Assembly (NCBI RefSeq): GCF_036321535.1
Contig: NC_087455.1
Span: forward strand, 930,001-994,000
Source: Camelus dromedarius
Lineage: Eukaryota
Direction of reading: 5' to 3'
Length of the DNA: 64,000 nucleotides
In this document: positions 38,391-57,720 of the stretch, piece by piece
Position numbering within the stretch: the stretch's first letter is position 1
Layout of the letters: each line of letters opens with the position of its first letter
The notes under the pieces: generated by a model
Told to the model about the DNA's origin: nothing
The model's input: the letters and a program-made list of their open reading frames with translations, nothing else
Database searches by the model: none
Made by a program: the position numbers and the translations under genes

Positions 38391-39470
38391 TTTGTAAAGG
38401 GGATGAAAAGATAAGCTACAGACTGGGAGAAAGCATCTGCAAATCACATATTTGACAAAGTATTCATATCTGGCATATATGAAGAATACTCTAAACGTAA
38501 CAGTGAGAAAAAAATAATTCAATTAGGAAGTGGATAAAAGATTTAAACTGACACTTCGCCAAAAATATACATATAGATGGCCAACAGGCACGTGAAAAGA
38601 TCTTCAATATCATTAGCCGTAAAGGAAAATGCAAAGTAAACCCATAGTGAGATATCTATCAGAACACATTTCTCAGAATGGCTACGATTAAAAATAGCGA
38701 CAGCACCAAATGCTGATCAGGGAGTGGACCACTCCTACTCTGCCGACGGGACTGTGAAAAAGAACTTGGGGAAACAGTTAGACAGTTGTTGTAAAGTTAT
38801 ACCCTTGCCATATGACCCAGCAATTGCATTTCCTGGGTATTTATCCTACAAAAATAAACACGTATGTTCACACAAAAGCCTACACCTGAATGTTCATAGC
38901 AGCTTTATTCACAACTGCCTAACATCCTTCAGCAGGTGAATGAATAGCAAACCTGCAAGCCAAAGGAACAAACCTGATGCAACATGGATGGGTCACAGGG
39001 CATTACAGAGGGAAAAAGCCAATCTGGAAACACTGCATCCTGCATGGTTCCAGTTATGTGACAGTGTCACGGTGACGACATGGTACTGCCAGAGACCCAA
39101 GGGTCAGAGCCGTGGGGAGGAGTGGCCATACAGGAGCAGCACAAAGGCATTTCTTTGTGATGATGGTGCAGGGCTGCATCCTGTGACAGTGGTTACAAGG
39201 ATCTGTGTATGTGATCAAATTTCAAAGAACTATACACCTCCTCCCAAAATAAAGAGTGCATGCCAAACTTACGAAATCTGGATAAGGTCTGTACATGACT
39301 TGATAGTATTTTACCATCATCAGGTTCCTATTTTTGACAATATTAGATGTTTTTATTGGGAAATGCTGGGGGAAGAGAACATGGGACCTGTCTGTACTAT
39401 TTTGCACATTGTTGTGAGTCTAAAATTATTTCAAAATAAAAAGTTGAAGTTAAAAACCAAAACATAAGTT
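38390..39470 (+). mobile_element. Old L1 ORF2 end and 3' UTR
   Basis: aagataagctacagactgggagaaagcatctgcaaatcacatatttgacaaag...gacccagcaattgcatttcctggg...ttatttcaaaataaaaag. Confidence 0.75.
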
Positions 39471-39570
39471 ATTGTTAATGAGTATAAAGATGTAAAATAA
39501 AAACTTAAATAAATGAAAAAGTGCTCAATATTTAATTATGACTATTCTAAAAATTTTTTTGAGAATTTTT

Positions 39571-39690
39571 TTGGGGGAGATAATTAGGTTTACTTACTTG
39601 CTTTATTTTTAGAAGAGGTGCTGGGGATTGGACCCAGGACCCTGTGCATGTTAAGCATGTGCTCTACCACTTGAACTACATCCTCCTCCT
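39571..39690 (-). mobile_element. Vic-1-like SINE
   Basis: gaggtgctggggattggacccaggaccctgtgcatgttaagcatgtgctctaccacttgaactacatcctcc. Confidence 0.8.
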
Positions 39691-39824
39691 ATTTTAAATA
39701 ATTTTTAATAATACATTTGAAAAAATTGTACAGTGAGCACTGACAGATCCACTATCTAGTTTCTCCATTTACTATTCTGCTACATTTATCATGCATTTAT
39801 TCATCTGTCTATTCTGTCTACTAC

Positions 39825-40328
39825 TGCACCCAGCGCAGCTCAGGACCACACGTGTCTGAGGACGGGCAACACAAGACTTAAGAAACAAAGAGACAAAGTA
39901 TAAAGGGCAAAGATGGGACCAGGGGCCTCAAGGTCTCGCAGAGCTAGAGCCCAGAAAGCCTGGTGGACATCGTATTTATTAGGAGTAGCAGCTCAGAAAA
40001 AAATGCGATCAAAGAGGTGGGGCTTTAGATATTTCGTGCAATAAGCACTAAGTTCTGCTTGCTGGTTAACTGATCGATTTCAGGCCCTATCCCTTCCAGG
40101 AACAATCACCCTCCTCGGGGTATGCACATTTTCTAAATCTATCCTGCTATTGCCTCCGGGACATCTCGAGATAGCAAATACTTCCCCCGGGTTCAACAGC
40201 AGCTTTCCTGCCAGAACCAAGTTCTGTTCATGGACGATCTGGCTTTCCAGGACCGTCCATTGCTTCACCCTAAGGAAATAATCTGCCCTCCTTCGTGCCC
40301 TTATGGTCAACGTCAGGATTGCTCACCA
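39825..40328 (-). mobile_element. Solo LTR, probably ERVK/betaretrovirus-like
   Basis: Minus strand runs TGGTGAGC...GGGTGCA with AATAAA, and U5 text ctttatactttgtctctttgtttctt resembles class II LTRs; many CpGs retained; interrupts an L1MC fragment; TSD unclear (CTAC/CTAA). Confidence 0.6.
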
Positions 40329-41249
40329 CTAATTTCATCTACTGTGTAAAACATTAAAACAAAGCAAGCATGTGCATTTTAAGCAAGTAAGTGTGAATAC
40401 AATATTTTAAGCTCATGGAAATTTAAGAGTGGCTTCTTTTCTAGATGCTTGTTGTCCAGCAACTTGTTTTCCAGCAGCTTGTTTCCCAGGCATCTACCCA
40501 TTCATCTTATTTTTTGGTGCATTTCAAAGTAAGTTGTAGCCATTAGTACAACTCCTAAATAGTGCAGCATGCAAATCACTAACTAGAATTCAATATATTT
40601 ACAGAAAATATTTTTAGGTAAAATTAACAGGCAGTGAAATGCATGTCTTAAATGTACTCTCATATGAACTTTGACATCTGCAGACTCTTGTATTACTCGA
40701 GTCCGTACAAAGACAAGGAACATCACTATCAACCCACAAAATTCCCTCCCAGCCCCTGAAGACACAAATACTGCTCTGATTATTTTAACCTGCTCTTAAA
40801 CTTTATTTTAAATTGTTAATTAATTAAAATTAAATTAATAAATTAAAATAATTTTATTAAATTAAATTATTTAATAGTCAACAGAATGCAATAATCCAAT
40901 CATAAAGGACAGTTGAATGTGCTTACACATATTCATGCTCTTGAACTTTAAAGCTGAAATGTTGAAATTTAATTTTTTGAAAATGTAAGTGAATGTAATT
41001 AAATACGCTTATAAAAATACAATATTTGCAATTGGAGGGTCTAATGTCTATCTTGTTGCCACGGTTAAAAATCAGTATCAGGCTGCATGCATGCAACATC
41101 TTGACCTACAAATAAATACACAAGCTTGAGAGGAATATGAATGACCTGATAATGCAAAATGTACAGATACTGTGAATACCACAGCAATCTGTGAGGATCT
41201 CTGCAGCCAGGAACTGCAGCTTGAAGATGTAGTAGTGTGACTGCAGTCT

Positions 41250-41580
41250 TAGTTCTTTGAGTGCTGGCAGCTGTTAAGCCTCACCTGTCCCTCTTCCCTT
41301 TGCCCCACATCTGGGAAACCAGACACCAAAGCCTGGGTGCCCCCTCCAAGTACCTGACTGCGAGTAGGAACCGTCACTTCGGCCCACCCTCTAACCATGG
41401 TCAAACCGAAATCTTCTTTGCCAGCTCTCTCAAACCATCTTCAGAGGTCTGCCCTGCCGTGCCCAGAGAAGCACACCTAGCAGTAAATCTTTGCGAACCC
41501 CCCTGGATGTGTATGTCGTTATAATTCACGTCACAACCAAATCTTGGGTGGGGTCTGCCCTGCCCCTGCATGCAGTGTGG
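41250..41580 (+). mobile_element. Possible old ERVL solo LTR (MER74/MER54-like)
   Basis: Ends with caaccaaatcttgggtggggtctgccctgcccctgc, similar to the 3' ends of this LTR group. Confidence 0.35.
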
Positions 41581-41824
41581 TTAATAAAGAAGAGAAGAAA
41601 GAGTAGGGGCCCTCACTACTCCGAACCGCTGCTTCCTTCTGCGGGATGAACTGTATGGAAGGATCTGACAAGTAACCCACCTGTCCTTCCTCTCACCTAG
41701 GCGGCAGCTCCACTGCTCCAACCCTCCTTGCACCTGGAAACATCATGTTTCTAACACTGGCTGGTCACAGCCACGAATTTTCCTAGACCAGTCGCCTATT
41801 TCTTTTCCTTTTTAAATTCAGAGG

Positions 41825-41929
41825 TGTGTGTGTGTGTGTGTGTGACTAGCAGCTTGTGTGTGTGTGTGACTAGCAGCTTGTGTGTGTGTGTGTGTGACTA
41901 GCAGCTTGTGTGTGTGTGTGACTAGCAGC

Positions 41930-41995
<66 letters not shown>

Positions 41996-42003
41996 CTAGC
42001 AGC
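41825..42003. repeat. Compound micro/minisatellite: (TG)10, (TG)7, (TG)9, (TG)7, (TG)32, each followed by ACTAGCAGC(T)
   Basis: Counted directly from the sequence. Confidence 0.95.
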
Positions 42004-42723
42004 CCCTCCAAGGTCGGGGCCCAGGGCAGCGCTGGCCAGGACGCGGACTATCCTAGGAACAGGAGGGGCGGGGCCAGGTTCCTAAGCCTGCCTTCGACAG
42101 AGGATCCAGGAGAACTTGCTCAAGTTGACTCCCAAGTCCATTCAGACCCACAGAACCAGAACTCCCACAGCAAGGGCCCGCCAACTGCGCCCTCCACGGG
42201 CATCCCAGTTACTCCAGGGCAGGGACCCAAAAGCGGCAGGGCCCGAGCGCGCACGCGCGGGAGGCGGGGCAGAGGGGCGGCAGGGGCGGGGACCCGTGGA
42301 GACAAAGAGGGGGAGGAGCCTGGCGGGGTCCGCCCCCCGCGCCGGCCGGGTCCCCGCGGCTCAGGGCTTGGGCCTCGGGGGTTCGCAGCGGGCACGCGGC
42401 TCCCGGACGGCTGCGGGGCCCGCGCTGCGCCCGCTGGACTGCGGAACCGGGGAGCGGCCGCCTCGCCCTAGGTAGGCCGGGCGGGGCAGTGGGCTTCTCC
42501 TGCCTGGCCCTCGCGGCGCCCACCCCGCAAGCCCGGCTTTGTTAACGGGTTGACCCGCTCGCCCCGGTACTCGCTTTAACGCAGCGCGTCGGCGTCCGGG
42601 AGAGGCTCCAGTCCCCCGCCAGCCTCGTAGCTGGGACCCCGGGCCCACCGCCCTCCTCTGCCCGCTCTACTCTCCGCAGCCCGCCCCGCCGCCCTGCCGC
42701 CGCCACTGCCCTCGTCCCGGAGC

Positions 42724-47571
<4,848 letters not shown>

Positions 47572-48890
47572 GCTCTGGAAGCAGCCGCTGGAGGGGAGAA
47601 GCTAGGGCTTCTAGGGAAATGAAGGGCTGATGTTCCAGGTTGGGCCCCACGGAAGGGTGTCTCCGGGCCAGGGGAGCGGCGCCAGAGTGAGCCCGACAGG
47701 ACGGACCGGGTTGTTCCCCACTCGTGATTGGTGTGTGCATTTCAGGTCCTACGACAGGAGGGGCCCAAGCCAGCCCACCCGGGCCAACAGCACCTGGTCG
47801 CTTGCTGGATTTGGCATGGCTGTGGCACTTCCCTGGAGAAAGTGGTGCTTTGAAAGTTACTATTTTCAAGTGCGTCCAGATTTTATTTTTGAAACTGAAA
47901 ACGTAGGTCTTTGCCTTTATTTGCAACATAGGTGGATTCTAAGCGCCATTGCGATCCAGACAGGCTGTAGGTCTCTCCTCACCCCGCAGCCCTGAGCACC
48001 TGGCCAAGGGCCAGGACAGGTCACATAACCCATATCACCTTTCGTTCTGGCTGGTTACTTTCCGATGCCAGTTGGTTGCAACAGGATGTGACTGTTCATC
48101 TTGGGCAGCCCAGCCCTGGCGCTGCTCCGCTTGACTGGCTCAGCTTCACGGTCCTGTGCTGACCTTCTGCGTCAGGCAGGCAATATGAAACATTAAGAGT
48201 GTGCCTTTCATTTGAACTGTTCTGTTTTTCATCCAGTTCTTCCATACAGAATGAGTTTGCGTGGTATGAATGTTCTCTATACAATAATCACGTTCCAAAA
48301 ACTGTTCAAACGTGGCGGAACTAAGATAAAATGTATAAAATAAACCAGTGGTTGTGAAACACGTAAGATCGATGTCACAACTAGTTGGCAAATGGTGCCC
48401 AGGCATCAGGGTCAGGGGGACAGCTGTGCCTTTGTGCAGTGTGATCACGCTCTGAACTCCCGGCGTTCCTGGTAGATCCCACTAGCACTTCGAGGCTACT
48501 GTCACCATGTTGAGTGACACTCTGAACGTGCTCAGCTATTTTCTTACAGACGTTAAATAACTGAATTACACAAGCAATACATGATCATTTGAAGAAATAT
48601 AAATATATATAAAATAAAATATAACATGAAGTTTGAGTCATCTTATTTTGTGTCTTTAGGAACTCTTATGCCACAGGTAAATTGACAGTGAAAAGGGGGG
48701 ATTTGGGTGTTGGCCACAGCGTTTCAGCCAAACTAGATTCACAGCTATAACAGAAGAAAACTTTCCTGAACGAAAGGAATATCCACTCTCCAAACTGAAA
48801 GACCACATCGTGCACCGAAAAAAAAAAATAGAGAACACAAAGGCTAATGAAATTACTGATCCTGAAAGAGAAAACACTATGAGGGGAGTG

Positions 48891-49026
48891 GGGGAGGGGA
48901 TAGCTCAGAGGGAGAGGCTTGCTTAGCGTGCATGAGGTCCTGGGTTCAATACCCAGTATCTCCATTAAAATAAATAAGTAAGTAAATAAACCCAATTACC
49001 TCCCTCCCAAACAAAACAAAACAAAA
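48891..49026 (+). mobile_element. Vic-1-like SINE
   Basis: ggggaggggatagctcagagggagaggcttgcttagcgtgcatgaggtcctgggttcaatacccagtatctccattaaaa...cccaattacctccc. Confidence 0.85.
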
Positions 49027-49739
49027 ATGCTATACAAACATCCAGGAAAAAAAAGATCACTCACAGAGGGAAAAAGTCAGTTTGCCTCAGGACTCTAACA
49101 AAAGCCATAGCTCTTTCTGTATGTATTTCCTTGAGGAGTCACTAAGTTGTATTACAGTCATATTTAAAAGTTTATTTCCTTTCTCTTTCCTTTACCCCTT
49201 TCCTACGAAGGTGTGATAGCAATAGTTAAATTCAAGTTAAGTTTATAAGACGCAAAAAATAGAATCTTGCCAGAAATAAAGGAGAAGACATGGCTCAGAA
49301 ACACCAGGTGTGGGCGGGAGGAGGGTGGAGCTCAGTGGGAGAGCGGACGCTTAGCACGCTTGAGGTCTTCAAATCAGCTGATTGACGATGTTTGGTTGAA
49401 TCACTGGGTGCGACAGCCTGGCCAAGTTAACACATAACACCAACCATCACACCAGGCATCACGCCTGACTTCCTCCCCTTAACGTGCATAGCGAATGAAG
49501 CACAGGTCCTGTTAATTCAGTCAGTAAACCTCTCTTGAGTCCTGTTACCTGAACTACAGCGACAGCCCCCAAGTGGTCTCCTGCTTTGCAATAATCTCCA
49601 GAAATTTGTTTTTAATGTATTTAGTGAAATATATTTTATACACTGCTCCCTCAGAGTGCCGAATATAGTAATAGAGTTGCAACTTTCTCACAAATCCAAA
49701 ATTTTTGCCCTAGGAAAGCAATGAGGAGTTGTGGCTCCT

Positions 49740-50480
49740 CCATTTTTAGAATGGTCGCTGGCGATGCCGCCCTCCTCCGTGCAGAGCCTGCGGGGTTGCG
49801 GCGACGTGCATCCTCTCCCAGTAGGTTCCCCCACGCTCCCCAGTGTCTGGCTGGGTTAAGAAGGACCGAGCGCCGCCTCTGGGAAGGGGAGCCGGAAAGA
49901 ACTACACTTCCCAGGATGCTGCGCAGTCCTGGACTCCACTTCCCAGCATTGCCCGGGGCGCCTTGCGAGGACTCCATTTCCCAGAGCGCCGCGGGAGGGC
50001 CCGACCTGGTCCCGCCCCCTCCACCTGGCCCGGTCCTGCCCGAGACTCCGCCGGCGCCGGAAGCAGCTCTCTGTGCGTCGGACAGGTGGGCTACGGCGCA
50101 GGTGATCCTGCGCGCGGCACCGAGGGGACCCGGGGGGGGGGGGGGGGCTTGGCGTGGCGAGCCGGGGCCTGGGCCTTGGGTGTCCTGTGACAGCCAGAGA
50201 GGCCTGAGGGGTGCTGGCAGCCGGGGGCGTGGGACGGGGGCTCGTGGGCGCAGGCCGTGAGTGGGGCCTGGGAAATTTTGGGGGGTGCCCAGCTGCAAGA
50301 TGCTAGTAGACATGGAGGTGGCCCCGGGAGAGGATCCGGGAGTGTGGGAAGCGCCCGGCGGCATGAAAGGGGGCCGACCGTGGTACCTGCTGCTGGACTG
50401 CCCGCGTAGTCTGGAGCAGCCGGATGTCTGGGCAGGGTCCTCTCCTGTCCGGACTGCCTGTGGGGCCCTACAGTGGGGTC
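49740..50480 (+). promoter_or_regulatory. GFUS CpG-island promoter with three ZNF143/THAP11-type SBS motifs and probable non-coding exon 1
   Basis: ACTACACTTCCCAGGATGC (49901), ACTCCACTTCCCAGCATTGC (49933), ACTCCATTTCCCAGAGCGC (49971); ETS CCGGAAG; candidate donor CAG|GTGGGC at 50086. Confidence 0.7.
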
Positions 50481-51021
50481 AGAGCCGTCCTGTAGGGGCC
50501 TAAGCAGATTTCTAGCCTCCAAGATAAGGTCCCCAGAGGCGGTGGTGCCCCGAGGCCTCTCCATATCTGAACCAGAAGGAACCAGGCTCTAGAAGCCTTG
50601 CTGGGACCAGCTGGCCCCAGGTGGGCACTGGGCTACAAACACAGGCACTGCCTCTTCCCTGTCTGTAGCATATGGACTTTGGCTGGGAGCAGCCCTAAAG
50701 ATCTGGGCCAGGAGCCTCCAGCCCCAGGGTTGGCTGTCTCCTCTCTTGTCAGCTAGAAGGGAGCAAGTGGTCCCTTTCTTGGTCTAGTAGGGGTCAGAGT
50801 TGGGCCTGCAGGGCGCAGCCTGGCTCTCCTGGCTGAGTGGCAGTCTCAGGGCTCCTGTGTGGCTCTAGGAAGAGAGCTCCCTGGGGAATGGGGGTGGGAG
50901 GAGGGGATGACTCAGGCTAGTTGGGTCTATCTGGTCTCCAGCGGGCAGTGTCTACTCCTTGGGGACCTCATCCTGTGCCAGTTGTCCCAGGGAGCCCCAG
51001 GTCAGCCCTTGGAAGTCATAG

Positions 51022-54620
<3,599 letters not shown>

Positions 54621-54902
54621 AGCGGGGCAGAGGGAGCGGTGCCGCCTTCTCCAGGCACCCAGCTCAGCCGGCAGAGCCCAGTGGCAACCACCCTCAACCT
54701 GCCAGGAGTTGAGGGCACTGCCCTCGTCAGGGAGCCCGGGCTCCACCCTCTCTGCCTGGGCAGCTCTGGGTAACTGTCCAGTGGGCCCACCATTCACATC
54801 CATCCTCAGGGAAACCAAGGCCTGGCCAGGCCTGGCACCACTCCCCGTGTCGGTCCCTGAATGTGTCCACTTCTGGTCCTGTTCTTCCGCTCCCCAGGAA
54901 CC

Positions 54903-54908
54903 AATAAA
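54903..54908 (+). terminator. GFUS polyadenylation signal
   Basis: AATAAA ~280 bp after the stop codon. Confidence 0.75.
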
Positions 54909-56032
54909 GTGCATTTTCACAGGCCTGGCCCCAGCCACTCTGTACCAGCCCTCCCCTCCCCACCCACAGGCACAGCCTCCCTGAGCCTGGGCAGCCCCCA
55001 AACCCACCATCCCCCACTGACTGCTCAGCCCCCAAAAGCTGCCAGGCCACAGTGGCCGGCTGTCGCCACATGAAGGCCTTGGAAACTGGCACTCTTCCCG
55101 GAGCCCCCTCATCCCTGGCACTTTGGGAAAAGAGGCTGGGTCTGGATTCAGACAGGCAGAGTGGGCACACGGATGGCTCAGAGGAGAGAGTGGTGACTGC
55201 ATGGCTCAGATGCCCCTTGGACTCCAGAAGAGTGTAGGACCAGACCTGAACCTTCATCTCCCCAGCCCTCGGGTGGCTGCTTGGGTGCCAGGGCCTGGCC
55301 TGCCCTTCTCCCGTGGACAGTTAACAGGTGACATGCAGAGTGGGCCTGGTGGGCAGGAAGGTGAACGGCCTGGGCCGCCCCGTCCTCAACGGGGAAATCT
55401 GGACAGTTTGACTGACCGGTCCACTGGCCAGCCAGCTAGTGCTGGGTGTGGACCTAGGGGTGCCCAGTTCCCAAGCCTTCAGGCCAGAGTCCACAGACCA
55501 CCTCACACAGGACCCAGGCACCTTCCCCGGCTCTCCTGGTCTTCGTGCCAGTGACCCCCAACTTTCCTCTGGCCTCAAGTGTGTCAGCTGCTTTCATGAC
55601 TAACTCTGTTTATCCAGGCGGCACTGGCTGTCTTCCCTGTGCCCGGCACGCAGTCCCAACCTCTATCCCTGTGCCCAACTGACCATGCATGGCTCCCGTC
55701 ACTGCCCCCTTTCTCTCTGGCTTAGCCACGTTTTATGTCTCGACTGAAGTGGTTCTCCCTCTCCGAGGCCCACCCTACCTGTTTGCTTCTCTGGTGATAC
55801 CTGTCCTTCCCCCAGGGACTTGGAGCTCCAGGACCAGGTATCCCCTGGTGCCAGCCCTTGGTGAATGAAGGGTCTGCCCATGCGGGGATTGAGGGGGAGG
55901 GGCAGTACCTGAGTTGAGCTCAGATCAGCGAGGTGAGAACGGTGGGCAGGAGGCCCGGCACAGAGCAGAGGCCAGACATGCGTGACAGGACACCAAAAGT
56001 GGTTCTGTGTCCTGAGCTGTCCCCTGGGTTGT

Positions 56033-56034
<2 letters not shown>

Positions 56035-56066
<32 letters not shown>
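56035..56066. repeat. (TG)16 microsatellite
   Basis: Direct count. Confidence 0.95.
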
Positions 56067-56069
<3 letters not shown>

Positions 56070-56929
56070 ATTGAGGAGGGGCTGTCCCCCAAGCCAGAAT
56101 GCAGATCTGCAGGGTAGGGGTTTGGCTGTCCATTCCGCTGCTGTGTGGCTTTTATTCCCGGCCCAGAGCAGGCCCCATGCTGCAGGGGCAGTTGCTGAAA
56201 GAACTTAGAACAAGTCAAAGTAAGAGTTTAAAGAAGATAGCTAAATGTCTTTAAAATGCAGTTTTAACTACAGTCTTAGATCTCCAGACCTTATTTTTCC
56301 CACGTCAAGCAAAAATTACAAGCAAAGCCCACACCCACAGCCCACACCCCTGTCAGTCTCTAAGGTGGTCCCTGGCCGCAGCCAAGCACTCTGTCTTCCT
56401 CAGGGCCAACAAGCCGGCTAGGTCTCTGCTGGGAACCAAGGCCTCAGGAAGGTCTTTCCTGCTTCCTCCCCTCAGCGCCCTGGGAGGCCTGTGGAAACCA
56501 CTTAAACACAGAAATGCAACAGACCCCTGCTCGCACATTTCCCTGGCTTGCTGGACCCACTGCGGCTTGGAGAAGAGCTGTCCACAAGCCCTGACCAGGT
56601 AGCCTTGTACAACAGGCCCGAGTCCACTCTTAGCTCCAAACAGAAAACCAGGGCGCTGAGAATGCTGCTCCCACCCAGCGTGAGCAGGGTCCCACTCTCC
56701 AGCCCCTGGCCTGTCTGGATGATCGGCTGGAGTCCACATTCCGGCTGCCAGGTTTTCATCAGCGGCTGGTCAGATGCCCCTCTTGGAAGCTCAGCTGCCC
56801 AGTGACCGCCATCACTGGTGTTCCAGGCTCTGCAGCATCCCCGAGAGGGACCCCCACCTGGAGGGCTGCAGGGCACCGACTTCTAGGATAAGGTCAGAGT
56901 AGCCCCCACCGGTTGGGACCCTTCGCCTT

Positions 56930-57720
56930 TGAATGGCCTCTCTCGAGCTGCACTTGAGAAATCACACAAGCGCTCGCAATCCTATCAAGGCTCGCTCGCC
57001 GGGGTCCTCAGAACAGAACTCATGTCCTCAGTCGGACCGAAACATCCGCGCGGAACTGCGCCGGTGCTGCCCCCTGCGGCGCCCCGCCCCCTCTGCGTCG
57101 GCGCCCCGCCCCCTCTGCGTCGGCTCCCCGCGTCTAGAGCTCTCCAGCCAACGAGCCGCCAGGGGGCGAGACCAACTACTAAGCGGGCGGCAGAGCGCCG
57201 AGCCGGGACGGGAGGGGACGAGGCGTGAGGGTCTGGCGGCGGGTGGACGAGGGCAGGTGCGGGGCAGCGCAGCCCATTGGCCCGGCCGAGGGCGGGGTGC
57301 GGCGCGGTGGTGAGATGGCGGCGGAGGCGGCGGAGTCCCTCCCTCGGCGCGTGGGCTTCGTGGGCGCCGGACGCATGGCGGAGGCCGTCGCGCAAGGCCT
57401 CATCCGAGCAGGTGGGGCGCCGCGGACGTGGGGTGTGTAGGGTCCCCTTGCCGGGGGTGGCGGGCACGCGACACCGGCGCGGCCTGGGAGGGCGAGGCTC
57501 ACCTGCCCGGAAGGATGAATCCGGCGTAGTCCCCGGCAACACTGGGCCCTCCGCGCAGGGTCCCAGGGTGGAGCAGGGCCGGGCGGCCGTGGGCGGGGGC
57601 GGAGCGCCGACCTGCCCCTCGGGACTGCTTCCCTGGGAGCGCAGCCCGAGGGGGATGTGGAGAGGCTCAGAGCCCGCCGTCCCCCCGTGGGACTCGAGCC
57701 ACACGTGAAACTGAGATGTG
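56930..57720 (+). promoter_or_regulatory. PYCR3 CpG-island promoter
   Basis: CpG-dense; duplicated 22-bp GC-box unit at 57081-57124; inverted CCAAT (ATTGG) at ~57276. Confidence 0.7.

Noticed and set aside
40343-40491. ~150-bp insert with three imperfect 15-bp repeats flanked by CATCTAC, considered as a retrocopy tail
   Set aside because: No poly(A) tail and no recognisable parent protein in any frame.
41825-42003. Repeat-spacer pattern superficially like a CRISPR array
   Set aside because: Eukaryotic context; the constant unit is only 10 bp and the spacers are pure (TG)n; no cas genes.
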